A DNA stretch of 61,363 nucleotides, counting the filler, from Platydemus manokwari (lineage: Eukaryota): NCBI GenBank assembly GCA_037951405.1. It is 6 parts of 6 records of this genome, joined end to end, with 100 filler letters (N's around TTAATTAATTAA, not from the genome) between each part and the next. Parts side by side here need not be neighbours in the genome. Positions count along the whole stretch, not along the records: positions 1 to 10,021 come from JBBMOY011178656.1; positions 10,122 to 20,729 come from JBBMOY011120330.1; 4 more parts are not named here. One strand, written 5' to 3'. A model generated the notes under the pieces. The model had not been told where the DNA came from, made no database searches, and saw nothing but the letters and a program-made list of their open reading frames with translations. The first letter of the stretch is position 1, and the number at the start of each line of letters is the position of its first letter. The translations under genes and the position numbers were made by a program. Below, in pieces: positions 1-12,419 of the stretch.

Positions 1-479
1 CAATACTTTGAATAAATGTTTTTTACTTTTCCATTCAAAATTAGTGTTTCATTTTAACAAAAAAACGTTCATTTCATTCCGGTACACCTGGTAATCGCAA
101 TGTACTAAGAAATATGCAAGCACATAATCAACATGACACCGATTAAACAACCTAATCTAGCTTTTTAGGCAGTGCTTCCAATGATCTAAACCGAGGCTCA
201 ACAGACCTGAAACTTAGGAATCTTTTCAATGTCGTTCCGTCTGCAACATTTCAGATCATCAATCGCTCAACAAATGCGGACTCATGGCCCAAGAAGGAGG
301 AGTTGGAGAAACATTACACTAAGAAACAGCAACCTCTTTTTGTACTACCAGAATGTCAAGATCCGTGCAGTAAGGTTTGTAATAAATTTTGTCAACTCAA
401 GAAATATACAAAAAGATAAATATACAACTTCTTCTTCAGACGGATCGACATTGAAACAATATACAAAACGATCAGGCAA

Positions 480-1708
480 AATACCCGACGGCTCCAGGAT
501 GCAACAATATTGGATATAAGGATATCATTTATGGAGACCCAGACAGTATATTGTTAAAAACGTTATTTGATAAATGCCTTGACGAGTTAGAAATTCCTGA
601 GGAATGGCGAACATATTCTACAACTATGATTCCCTAAACGATGAATGAAAGGCATTATAGTGAGGTTGGGTCCCGGAGGGTGATCGCGTTACTTAACTGT
701 TGTTACAAGATACTTACATCAATCTTGTGCCAACAGCTCAGGTCCTGGACAGATAAAAACAATCTTATTCACTCATTGCAAAAGAGTCTCGGATATACGG
801 ACGGGTGTGCAGAACACAACTTTTTACTCCGGACTCTTCTTGAGGCTTATTCAAGGAAAGGAAGAGATGACATCCATATTACATTTATGGACATTGAGGA
901 AGCCTTTCCTTCAATAAGCATCAAAGCAATTATTGGACTTTTGAAATACATGGGTCTTGACTCAAACTCCACCAAATTAATAAAGAGTCTTAATAGGAAC
1001 TGTAAAACAACACTGAAATGTGGCGATTACAAGACGAGTGAAATCGAGAAGGAGCGCGGGGTCCGCCAAGGATCCCCTATTTCAATGTTACTGTTTAACA
1101 TCGCAATGAATCCAATCTTGGTCAAGATGGAGAACAACAAGTTAGGAGGGCTACTCTTGGCGAATCACAAGATATCGTGTTTGGCTTACGCAGAAGACCT
1201 TGCGCTGATCGGGAGGAATGTAGAAAGTATCCAAGATATGATCAACGGGGCTACCAATCTAGCCACCAAATTAGGTTTTAAATTCAAAACAGCAAAATTT
1301 GGCTATGTTTATAATAAAAGGAAAGGGTCCCTCCTTGACAAAATCAAAGTCAACAATGAAGATATGCCAACAATAACACTAGAAGACCACTATAGATATC
1401 TTGGAGTAAACTTTAGCCTCAAGTTACACAATTCAAGGGAGGAACTCTTCAATGACCTACAAATCGATGTAACATGCATTGGTGTATATGGGTCTTGGGA
1501 TTCTCATAAAGAGAAAATCACATTTATCTCCGGATTCCTAATAATGACATTGCTCAGAGATTCCTACTCACTCCCCAGCACTATCCAGCTAAAACAACAA
1601 GTGTTTAACAGAGCTACTCGGCAATGTTGTAAATCGAATGAGGAGACTTCAAATGAAGAAATCTCGAATTTAAATATCAGACATATCAATCTCAATGATT
1701 CATTTTAA
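480..1708 (+). mobile_element. Degenerate non-LTR retrotransposon reverse transcriptase (R2/NeSL/Utopia-like, restriction-like endonuclease superclade)
   Basis: ORF 641-1708 has RT motifs RVIALLNCCYK, LQKSL..DGCAEHNFLL, FMDIEEAFPSI, GVRQGSPISMLLFN, YAED (catalytic YADD mutated) and YRYLGV. The same frame upstream reads IPEEWRTYSTTMIP, broken by TAA at 635-637. A TAPG motif-0 remnant lies near 488. No endonuclease domain follows. Confidence 0.88.
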
Positions 1709-3124
1709 AAACCGACGTAAGGACTTGTGAGACCCCGCTCTGAAGACTATTATTTTTATACATAATAAATCTTAATATTTTATGTGCTTTCATTTTTATT
1801 GTATTAATTTTTATTTAATCAGTTGTTGTTTTTCGTGTCTTGATAATTCTTGGAACACTTGAGCGAAACCAGTTTAAAATAGCATATATAAAATAATATA
1901 TTGGTATTCTTAATAATTATTATTTGTAAATATCTAAAATAATAATATCAGTAAGACATACAGAACAAGTCCATTAAAATCCCCTGAATATTACATTAAA
2001 TCAAAAATATATTATAAAGAAATAACACTGACAAATAAATTACCACCTATTATCGCGCAAAATAAATACAGTCACTGAATAAAATATTAAATCGATTAAA
2101 TTTAATCAGAGAGAATTTCTATCCAAGATAAACAAATTCTAACCTGAAAATAATAGTTGCATTGGGATTAAATTTATTTACAGAGAATATTTGCGAGTAA
2201 CCCATCACTGCCTATATAATGCAGCAGTCGCAATTATCACTGCTACTTTGATATTATTGAGGACAGTTATATATTTGCTACAATCGTGTAAAGGACACGT
2301 TATTCTGCATTCAGTGTTTTACTGGAAGACCCTCCAGTGAGACATATTTGTGTAAACTATTGATATTTATTATAAACATTAAATTCCTTTCGGGATTTGG
2401 TTTTGTTCCAAGAGTGTGCAGTTTATAAACCGTCTCTTTATTTCAGGAAGTTGTTAAGGTCCATCAATAGGCTTATGTAGTGTAGTATTAAATTCAATTT
2501 GTAATTTTTATTTTATGATTTTTATTTGCTAGTCAGTTTTTATCAGCATTAATTATTAATAAACATTTTTAGTAGTCATCCTTAGTTATAGATTAAATAG
2601 GGATCATAAATCATTGCTCATTATCATCGGTGTCAACATAAATAGGAATTGATATAGGTTACATAAGTTGAGGCTGACAATAAAGATATATTGCCACATT
2701 ATTGCCACACAATAAGGTTGTGCAAGGTGAATATTAGATAAAATAAGGTAAATCACGACTGTGGCCTTAATCAAGAGCTCATAGAGACTGATTAAGACAA
2801 TAATGATATCAAATAGAAATAAGATTAATAAAAAATAAAATCTATAAAGATGGAACGTTACTTGAAAATAAAATAAATTATATATTTTGAAAAAGATTAA
2901 AAAATTATGGATGGTAATAGCATGATAACTCAATTGTACTGTGATTGTTTCTGTTGTTGAAGATTACGAGAAAATGTTGAAAGATTCATGCCGCCAACAA
3001 TTAACATAGAATTCAAGAAAATATTTAAAATATTTGTATGTAGATAAAAAATTATAATCGAGGAGATATAGGAACAGAACGCACAGAAGAATCTATATCC
3101 TTTCTGTAAAAATGAATTAGATCC

Positions 3125-3245
3125 GGCATGTGTAATCCAAACAAAGATGTCTAATAACGTTGTATATAAAGCAAAAATTCAAACAACGAGAGCCGTGTAT
3201 CAAGAACTTACTCAGAGAGATGAAAATCAGAGCTACAAACAGCAA
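3125..3245 (+). mobile_element. Possible Penelope-like GIY-YIG endonuclease remnant
   Basis: Translates to SNNVVYKAKIQTTRAVYQELTQR, resembling the NVVY.A...Y.G.T signature of Penelope GIY-YIG domains. Short and degenerate. Confidence 0.35.
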
Positions 3246-3539
3246 TCGGATCTGCTAACCTTATAAAAAGACTCGACTCTCAAGTACAATTGTTACTTTT
3301 TTATAGTCAGTGAAATTTATTCTTGAATTTATTTTTGTTGTTGTTATTGGTTATTGATTTTGTGTTTGGGCAGTATGATAATATTTTATTGAGCTTGTTT
3401 TACAGCTAATGTTTTTGATAGTTACAGGTTCGTTGTTTAGTTGGCTATTCATCATAACATTGTTATTTAAAAGTTTCTATGATAATAGTAATTTCTGTCA
3501 AAATAATAAGACAAAAAAATAAAATTTATTCATTCACAA

Positions 3540-3869
3540 CAGTGATTCCCAAAATTTTCGGGGGTACCGCTCTCTTTTCAGAATAAATATTACTTAGCGC
3601 CCGTATGGATTACTATCCGTATCATACAACCACCATCAACATCATTACATCTATAGTTCTTGAAGCTCTGAGAGATCAACAAGTACTATATACCTTCGAA
3701 ACAATATACTGATAAGGTCTACGGAGGACCGAGATAGGACTAATTTTCAGTCAAAAGTAGTCTATTTATTTTTTTTAATATTTAGACAACTTAACATTTA
3801 TAAACTAATGGGAATTATAATAATAAGTTCTACTGGCTCTGCTTTTGGTTGGCTTTTTTGGAACAACTG
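3540..3869. mobile_element. Possible old hAT-type MITE
   Basis: CAGTGATTCCCAAA at 3540 and an imperfect inverted copy TTTTTGGAACAACTG ending at 3869. No clear 8-bp TSD. Confidence 0.3.
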
Positions 3870-5573
3870 ATTTTGTCTAATGAGAGATAATGGGATGAGA
3901 AAGTGTAAGGAGCTATGAATATGGCATATTTTGGTAATTTAAAGAACACATATTTTTGTGTTTTTCTGTACATAATCTGTATATTTCAGTTATTTTGGAA
4001 AATAGCACCATCAAACATTTTTAGTATTAAAAACCTTTTGAGTAGAACCTTATAATAAATAATAATAATAAATACAGATAAAAATTTGCAAACAGTACAA
4101 TTACCCACATTGAACAAAAAATATCGTTTTATCCATAAATAGAATTATAATAATTAATTTCTAAAAATAGAAAAAAGAAATATAGAAATAGACGTAATAA
4201 ATTTGTTATTAAATGTAGAAATTATGGAAATAAATTACTAAAAAATAGTTTATAAGGAATGAGACAAAAATGAAAGATCCCCTTATGAAATCTGAAGAGT
4301 TACCAAGTTTTGCGTTACTTATTCGCATTATCGACCGCAATACTGATAATTCTCGCGAAAATTAATCCAATCAAAATGAATAAAAAACATTGTTATCTAA
4401 GAATCGTTTACAAGAAATCGACGAATCATAAATCTATAACACATGGCTATCCTAAATCAATGTGCCAGTGAAAATTCTCAAAGAATATTTCCCCAAACTT
4501 ATTGAATATTCAAAACTTTCAAGTAATGTTAACTTTTTTGTAAAATAATATTGCTAAAATTAACCTACATTATATAAACTTTAGATTGAATCCGATTCAA
4601 CTGGAGTATAATTATATTCTAAATATACATTAAATTGGGCACAAACAATAGTGAATACGGTGAGTTTAGATCTAACCACAGATAAAATAATAATAAATTT
4701 GGGCTCTTGGCGGTATAGTCATAAGAGTCGTTTCTAAAAACTCACTATTCTACCATTATAGAGTCAAACAATAGAATTTATAAAATAAGTCGTACTCAAC
4801 CTTCCGACCTGGGTATTTGTCCAAAACAACTGTTATACAAATATTGTCTTTTACATTGTCAATGTATTGTAATCATATTTTAATTTTCATATTTTAAAAA
4901 TTTATTGTATTACTTGTAATAAAGATTATATATTACTTAAATTGAACAACTTTTTTATTATTGATTTATAATTAAACTCTTTATTAAGTTCATAATATGC
5001 ATTCACATTTTGAAGTCAGGTGTACCGCATAAAATTGGTTATAAAATAATTTAGATCTCGATACGCTTAATAATTTAAATTAATTATAGGAAATAGACGA
5101 TTAAATTAATCCATACATGATTTTCAATTTATTCTGTTACATATTATATCGCATCTGAAAACACAGTGAACCCAACAAATCTGTGCCTTGATTATATTAC
5201 AAGATTTATTAAAATATCCTTATTGTTTCTTGACACCGTGTGGCCGTTTTATCTTTATGTCATATGTTTTTATACCTCAATTATAGTAGAATGTACTGTT
5301 CCATAGAATTAAAAGAGAATTACATTTAATTATTTCTTATCAATATTTATGTCTAATTAAATGTAACAGTCATTCAAGCATATTATCGATAATATTTATT
5401 GTTAATACAGTCGTCATAATAATCACCATCGACAAAGCTTTAAAGTACACAAATGTATTAATCATCTTATATAAAACTTTTATTTATCAGATCAAGTTAA
5501 TTCGTTCTTGTATTCATTTTACCAATTTATTATTTTTATGAATCATATAATAATTTTAAGAATTAATTTGAAA

Positions 5574-7526
5574 TCAAATTTTCACTAAAGTCTTTTTCCT
5601 TTCATGCTTCAACTTTGGATTATTTATTAATGTGAAAGCTAACAGCCATTTATTCTTATATTTTCTTTGAAAGTGTAAATAATCGATTTGTTTATCATCT
5701 TTATTGACTGAGGTATTATCAAAAACTAGAAGTTTCTTTTGCGTATCCCGAATTAAATGAACGAAACATCTCAAAATCGGATTATGATGATACTGTTGAG
5801 TATAAAGAAATCCAATATAAGCCATGTAAGCAGCATCGAATATTTGTAAATGATTTGGAAGTGTACATAAATCGATTCTACAGAAACAAAATACACCGGA
5901 CACAATCCAAATTATTATTCGTATTCCGGAACTGAATAATCCGACCATGGCATTAAGGAAAAAAGAGAAATGAGTAAAAATAGAAAATATTCTCTGATTG
6001 TTGACTGCCATTACAGTTCCATATTTCTCAACGAAGGCAAATCGTATTAAGAGATTTTGAATTATGATTAAAGCTATTGATGATAAAACCACCGCAAAAT
6101 TTCGGTAATACAAATTCCTTATCCATGAATCTTTTAAGTAAATAAATGGTACCAAAATTATTCCAATGGTGATAAACAAAATCAAAAATACAAAACCAAT
6201 CACAATTGTGATACCCCATAAAATATATGCTACCTGATATCCATTATAACGAACAAATCCTGATATAAGATCACTTGGAGTTGGAGCATTGTTTAGAGAT
6301 ATTATTGATGAAAATCCTTTTTTTGTTATTCTCTTAAATTGTAATCGATAATTTCTCAAGATTAAAAATGATTGCACTACCGAATTTAAAAGTCCAATAA
6401 TGATGGCAAAAATGAAACTGAAGTAATACAAATTTATATAAAATATTATCAAATAGAGGAATGCGTTCTTTATTTCTTGTTCATGATATTTGGAATAATT
6501 TCCTGATGCAATTTCAAAAGCTGTTTCCAAATTCATTCCAGTAGAAGCAGCAAGATAGTTTGTTAAGCTTATCAATTTCCGTGTTAAAAGTGTAAGATTA
6601 GTAATGTTATCTATAAAGATTCGAAAGGCAAAATATAATCCAACAAACAATCCAATTATCAATCTGGGAGGAAGTCTAAAACCATGGATTTTTACGAAGA
6701 TTTTCTCTTTCAATTTGAATTTTTCCCACTTAAATCCATCAAAACAACTTAGATTTGTTGGTGAGGCTTCTAAATCATTACCATCTTTATCTATCATAAG
6801 TTGTTTAACATATGCAAAATATGAATCTCGATCGTCATTTATTGAAACGTTGGTTTTATCTGGAAGTATTTTGTGAGATTTTATATGAGAAATTATGTTC
6901 GAAATGAAGATTAAAATTAAGGAAACATCGATACATATAGAGCTAACTTGAACTATAAGAAATGGAATAATAACAGATCCCCGTAAAGGTATTAAACAGT
7001 AATACAATTTCACTGAATTTAGAACCAAGTAAAGTATCCACAAAGCAGCTGCTACAATATATCCAACTAGAAATTGTCCATGTATGGCTTCAAAAATTGG
7101 AAAGGAAATTATTGAAACAAGTCCCATCAAAAACAGTTTGACAAAAAATTTTTCTGTCGGTGTCGACACTTCGAAGATAAATGAGTTAAACATCAATTGA
7201 TAAATATCCTCCGATAGAGACAGAAACGCTAAAACATATTCAATGGTATGATCATTACTATTCAATACATTCATTGGCAACATTATACCAGGTCTTCCGT
7301 GGCAAATGTTCTTTTGAAACGATATTCGTTTTGTCATAAAAGAAAAAACAATCATTAAGATTACCGAAGTCATGGCTAATAGATAATAATATCGAGCAAC
7401 ATTGCTATTTGTGGTTTCACAATTGAATTCGAACTGATCGTTGTTTGACGACATATTGTTAGAATTGTTATAAAGTTCAACGAAAGCATGCGCGATATAG
7501 GAAGAAGCATATATTAAGTTGCCCAT
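5574..7526 (-). CDS. STRA6: STRA6/STRA6-like (RBP receptor family) multi-pass membrane protein, single exon, 650 aa (alternative start MSSNND at 7454)
   Basis: About 9 hydrophobic helices. Family motifs include GRPG, FRLPPRL, YNGYQVAYILWG, NNQRIF..F.FFLN..VG, RIDL, FDAAY..Y.GFL..Q.YH.NP.L..F and a C-terminal KNKWLLAFTLINNP.L...RK. Confidence 0.9.
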   Translation of the reverse strand: MGNLIYASSYIAHAFVELYNNSNNMSSNNDQFEFNCETTNSNVARYYYLLAMTSVILMIVFSFMTKRISFQKNICHGRPGIMLPMNVLNSNDHTIEYVLAFLSLSEDIYQLMFNSFIFEVSTPTEKFFVKLFLMGLVSIISFPIFEAIHGQFLVGYIVAAALWILYLVLNSVKLYYCLIPLRGSVIIPFLIVQVSSICIDVSLILIFISNIISHIKSHKILPDKTNVSINDDRDSYFAYVKQLMIDKDGNDLEASPTNLSCFDGFKWEKFKLKEKIFVKIHGFRLPPRLIIGLFVGLYFAFRIFIDNITNLTLLTRKLISLTNYLAASTGMNLETAFEIASGNYSKYHEQEIKNAFLYLIIFYINLYYFSFIFAIIIGLLNSVVQSFLILRNYRLQFKRITKKGFSSIISLNNAPTPSDLISGFVRYNGYQVAYILWGITIVIGFVFLILFITIGIILVPFIYLKDSWIRNLYYRNFAVVLSSIALIIIQNLLIRFAFVEKYGTVMAVNNQRIFSIFTHFSFFLNAMVGLFSSGIRIIIWIVSGVFCFCRIDLCTLPNHLQIFDAAYMAYIGFLYTQQYHHNPILRCFVHLIRDTQKKLLVFDNTSVNKDDKQIDYLHFQRKYKNKWLLAFTLINNPKLKHERKKTLVKI

Positions 7527-7582
7527 AATATATTCGAGTCAAATAATTTAATTAAACAAAACCCGTTTGTTAGAATGATAAA

Positions 7583-7675
7583 CCACGTGATAAAGACCCA
7601 AATTACAATAGTTCAAAATTCAACATCCGGTAGTCAGTTTTATCAAATTGAAAACATTTGACGATCATCCAATCA
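7583..7675 (-). promoter_or_regulatory. Putative proximal promoter of the STRA6-like gene (CCAAT box + E-box)
   Basis: CCAATCA at 7669-7675 and CACGTG at 7584-7589, within 150 nt upstream of the ATG. Motif match only. Confidence 0.3.
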
Positions 7676-7827
7676 AATAAACAATTAAATTTTTCCCTAA
7701 GATCCTGTGATTTTATTAGTCAAAATGTAATGTTGGAATCCATACGATTTTATTATTAAATGTTCTAACATAATATTTACATATAAAGATAAGATAAATG
7801 TAACAAAACGAAGCTTGTTGAAAACAT

Positions 7828-8134
7828 TTATTGAAACTGAAGATAATCTTCATGAGTGGCAGGATTGCCTCGGAAATTTGTATTTTGCCTCTCATCCCAT
7901 GATTCATAATTGCTGTGACGGAAACGTCTATGACTATTTAAACTTCTTTCTCGATCGTCAGGATTCATTAACTGCTCCAATATTTTCCCCTCTAATATTT
8001 CCAACGCATCCAGCGTCACGATTACGGTATCATATTTAACCAAACTCCATACATTGACTCCATAAACTGGTACGACCATATAATGAGGTATTTCGGAACA
8101 GATTTTCGCAATGTTCCTTGGAGCTGTATCTGCA
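7828..8134 (-). CDS. MRPL4: Mitochondrial ribosomal protein L4 (uL4m), terminal exon; upstream exons not identified
   Basis: PRNIAKIC.EIPHYMVVPVYGVNVWSLVKYDTVIVTLDALEILEGKIL matches the uL4 C-terminal motif (P..GLNV.S.LK..T.V.T...V..LE.KLL). It is preceded by a TTTCAG acceptor (8140-8135), and AATAAA overlaps the stop. Confidence 0.85.
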
Positions 8135-8464
8135 CTGAAATGATATTTTTCATTCATAAACGTCGCGAATAATATCGTATTGTTTGCAAAACCGTATCCA
8201 AGTGAAAATGTATTCGTATAAAATTTTATGTTTTGATGAAAAATGAAGATCAAATTTTATTATTCTTCAAAAATCACATCAAAAATGATTCTTTCTCCAC
8301 AAATAGGTTTGTCAAAAAATAATTCCTATCATGGAAAAGGTAGCTTTTATTTGAAAAATACTTCTATTTTTATATTTAATAAATATTATCACGTAAAATA
8401 AAAATACTTTTACAACATAACCTATTCGATATTTATTAATAAATGGCACTTCGAAACCGACGAA

Positions 8465-8934
8465 CTATCTCACTTTTTAGGATGTCTAATGGTGACAAAA
8501 CATAATCTTAAAACCAAGTTCCTATTCTAATCACAACATTTCTATATAATTATTTGAGTTTATAAATTTAAATTTCTTAATTATAAATCCACTTAGTTAA
8601 CTACAGACATGTTTAATAATATCATCGCTTATTTTTATAAAATAATTGTAAAAATTGAGAGTACCTCTCGATTTGCTTCTAATGTTAAAAAAAGAGTTCT
8701 GGCTAATTTTAAATAAATTACAATTTTTGACCTAATCTGATTCGTTTGTCAAATAATCAAATTTTAGGAGATTTTGAATGTTTAATCTATATAATATTTT
8801 TTTCAAACAACTAAAATCCTTCTTAAGTAATTAAAGAAAAAAATTCAAAATATAATTAAATGAACTATATGGATTTTTGCAATACACTCAAGAAATTGAA
8901 AATTATATTTTAGGATCCCTTTTTAATTTTAGCC
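8465..8934 (+). mobile_element. ~600-bp MITE family, 5'-truncated copy (within the MRPL4 intron region)
   Basis: Shares the internal sequence (TTAGTTAACTACAGACATGTTTAATAATATCAT...GCAATACACTCAA) and the 3' TIR (GATCCCTTTTTAATTTTAGCC) with the copies at 35615 and 37434. Confidence 0.8.
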
Positions 8935-9925
8935 AAAAATACCAAAGAAAACTAGTAAATAAGATCGAATTAATAAATATTAAACAATCTGACTTTTCTT
9001 AGATTAAACGAAAAATAGGCAGTAAATAAAAAATTACTTGTTCAATGTGCTGAACTCTCATGTAATTATAAGAAAATTAGAATAAATAATTCAGAAAATT
9101 AGCTATGGACACTCACAAAAATCCTATCATAACTGCACGAAAGAATATTTGACAGCGAATAAGATTTTATTGAAAAACTAATAATTGATTCATAGTCAGA
9201 TGGATAAATTATAAATTTTTCATACCAAATATGACATTTGTTTAATCGAGTAATACGGGAAAACAATATGATGATTAATCAATAAGTAATTGCATTCTTT
9301 TTGTCAGTTAAATTTTAAAAAATTATTGAAGCTCATTTATTTCCACTTATTTTATCATTACCAGATTTTGATATCATAACAGTATCTAATTAACCAGTTT
9401 TATGCGTTACTTTTCTCCGTCCGTTTTGGATTAATCAGTAATCTACTTGCGTAATGCACCGAACATTTGAGCAATAATTGTTATTATTTTTAATTGTTGG
9501 TCATTTATTTTCATAAATAAATTCTTTTATATAAAAATCGTGTTCAATTTTGATAAATACATACAGCATTGAATGATAAACAGATATTCAGCATTAGCGA
9601 CAATAAAGCAAATTATGTTTACGATATTTAAATAAATAATTTTTGGTCCAATAGCATAGTTATTATACTGCTATTGACAGCCATTGAACTACAAAACAAT
9701 ATATAAACCCAAACAGTTAATTTAATAGAATGATTACGTTAGTATTTCAATTTTATTGTTTGTGAAAAAAAACCATCAAATTTCACGCATTAAAGATTCT
9801 AAACTACTTCCTGTTACTACCAATAATGATAATATAATTATTTAATCAATCCATTGACAAAATAAGCCCATAATACACAAATAGACAAGATTTCCAGCCC
9901 TATTTATTCATCATTATCATTAGAA

Positions 9926-9947
9926 CAAGGGTCTCCAAAGTATGGCC
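9926..9947 (+). mobile_element. hAT (Charlie-like) terminal inverted repeat remnant
   Basis: CAAGGGTCTCCAAAGTATGGCC resembles the CAGGGGTCTCCAAA...GGCC hAT terminus. The partner end is not seen because a gap follows. Confidence 0.35.
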
Positions 9948-10021
9948 AAGCTTACTATGAAACACACGAACATTATGACAAAATTAAGTGATACACATAT
10001 TTATGATAATCGCGGTATTTT

Positions 10022-10121
10022 NNNNNNNNNNNNNNNNNNNNNNNNNNNNNNNNNNNNNNNNNNNNTTAATTAATTAANNNNNNNNNNNNNNNNNNNNNNN
10101 NNNNNNNNNNNNNNNNNNNNN
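10022..10121. other. Artificial assembly linker (44N-TTAATTAATTAA-44N)
   Basis: Identical 100-nt spacer with stops in all six frames. It recurs at 20730-20829, 30936-31035, 41004-41103 and 49939-50038. Confidence 0.95.
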
Positions 10122-10139
10122 CACTAGTTTTTGTTATTG

Positions 10140-12415
10140 AATGCTTTCAATGAAATAGAGCGCATCTGTAAAGATTTTGTCGAACAGGTGTCAAATATGT
10201 AAATACCGGAAATAGCAGAAGAGGACAATGTCTCAAGCTTAGGTACACTTTCGGAGAAAAATTATAATATGTTTGAAAGTCTAGGCATAATCAATTCAAT
10301 TCGACCGAGGACAATTATGCACATTTTGTGAGAGGCAAGGAGTTAAACCAAGCCGAATGTTGACAAAAACAGAATCGGTTACAACTAACCAAAGCGGAGA
10401 AAAGGCAAAAAATAAACCAATAGTCGATTGCGAATTTGAGAATGAGAAAGTAAATATATTCTTTGACACGGAAGCTGAATTCAATGTAATAAGCGAAGAT
10501 TCAGTGAAAAGACCGTTGAAAAATGATGATTCAATGAAAATAAGAAAATTTTCTATCAGAATTAGATGTGCAAATGAATCAATAATAAAACCTTCACGAC
10601 AGGTTTATTTAAGAGCTGTAATTGGGGCAGAAGAATCATTTCAATATTTTGTTGTAATGCCAGAAGTATTTCCAAAATGTTTTATTAGAATACGTTATAT
10701 AAAGAAGGAAAAAATTGCGGTCGTACTGAGTAAGGATTGCATTAAGATAAAAGGAATTGAATTACCTTTTGTTTCTAAAACCCAGATAGAATCTTTAAAC
10801 TGTTAGAAGTCGGATTTGAGGGTCGGAATAGGACGGTTGCAGAAACGGAGATCCAGAATAATTAACGAGTAATATTAGTGAATGATGTGTTGTTTGGAGA
10901 TGACGATTACTTTGTAAAAGCTGCGATTGTCGACAGAAATAGCAGAAAAGTGAATAGTTTTTTTGAATATGTATTTTTAGCAGATAAGACAAACATCCTG
11001 AAGAGGGATTCGATAATAACCGATTCATTGCCTAAAGCGAATAAAGTATATGTTTTCTTAAGGTTGAAACAAATTGAGAATGGCACCAAGAAGATTTATA
11101 CTATGAGGGATTTAGGTTAGGTAAAATAGATAAATGAAATAAAAGAAGGCGGCATTTGGAATTTAAATGGGTTGTATAATTTATGTTCCGAAAAGAGATA
11201 AAGTAGGATAGATGAGATATTAAAAACAATTAAAATGCGAAGTCATGAAACACAGTATCATAACAAACACTGACCAATCAATAGCTGTCAAACCCCTTAT
11301 AATTCCATTATGGTTAGCAGAAGAAGTTAAACATCTATTAGATAGAATGTTGGAATCATACATAATTCAACGTGGAATTTCCCAATAGTACTAATCAGGA
11401 AAAAGGATAGAGCGACTAGAATGTGGGTAGATTTTAGGATGCTAAATGCAGCTACATCCAGAACCTTTTTTCCTATACCAAATTCTGAAGAAATATTTGA
11501 TTCTGTACATGGAGCTAGATATATTTCAACCATAGATTTGGCGAACGGATATCATCAAGATGAGTTGAAGGAAGAAACAAAACAAAAAACCGCATACGGA
11601 CAGCATCAGTTTAATCGAATGCCTTTTGGATTATGTTCAGTAACTGCGACTTTTCAGAAACTTATGAATGTTGTGTTAAAGACTGAAAATTGAACAAGCT
11701 GTGTAATTTATCTAGATAATATTCTGATATTTGGAAGAATAGTTAATGAACACAATGAAAGATTGGAAAGAGTTTTGAATCGAATCAATGAGGCTGGGTT
11801 GAAAATGGCTCCAAAGAAATGTTTTTTCTTAAATAAAGAAATTAAGTGTTTAGGATAAGTGATTGACGAAATCGATATATGAACAAATGAAGACAAGATT
11901 AAGTAATAAAAAATTCTTTAAAATCTCAATATATAAAGGAACTGCGGGAGTTTCAGTGATTATGTAGTTATTATAGGTGATTCATAAAACATTTTGCTAA
12001 TATTACCCAACCATTATATTAATTACTGAAGAAAGAGAGTAAATTTTATTGGAAAGATTTAGCAACTGCATCTTCTTTACAAATTGTAAACGTCATTAAT
12101 TTTGCCACCAGTTCTAAGTTTACCATGCAAAGAAGAGAAGTATGTTTTGGATACTGATGCATCTTTCGAGGATATAGAAACCGTGCTTTCTCAAATACAA
12201 AACTATGAAGAACGAGTGATAGTATGTATCAAGAATACAGACAAAAGCGTAGCGTAAATATTGTATAACAAGAAAAGAGTTGCTAGTGATCTATGTGTTT
12301 GGTAAAAAATTTAAGCATTACCGACATGTCAGAACAGATCACGTAGCTTTGAAATGGTTACTGAATTGCGATTCTCCCAATAAATCATAATAGTGTATAT
12401 GGAAAGCAGAGCCGC
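10140..12415 (+). mobile_element. Degenerate Ty3/Gypsy LTR retrotransposon (gag Zn-knuckle, protease, RT, RNase H)
   Basis: CTFCERQG knuckle (~10318). Protease IFFDTEAEFNVIS (DTGA mutated). RT RMWVDFRMLN, TIDLANGYHQ, FNRMPFGL, TFQKLMN, CVIYLDNILIFG. RNase H YVLDTDAS..IETVLSQ and RKELL. Many stops and frameshifts. Confidence 0.92.
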
Positions 12416-12419
12416 TAGC

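Noticed and set aside
2604-2933. Hydrophobic 109-aa ORF (similarly 18041-18382, 30532-30876, 59184-59513, 60963-61244)
   Set aside because: F/I/L/Y-rich composition is expected from AT-rich non-coding or decayed repeat DNA, and there is no recognisable domain.
7828-8253. ORF-track 141-aa protein as a complete gene
   Set aside because: The first ~40 codons are intronic. Homology starts after the splice acceptor at 8135.
10066-10077. Recurrent TTAATTAATTAA as a biological repeat or CRISPR-like unit
   Set aside because: Always centred between 44-N blocks, so it is an assembly linker.
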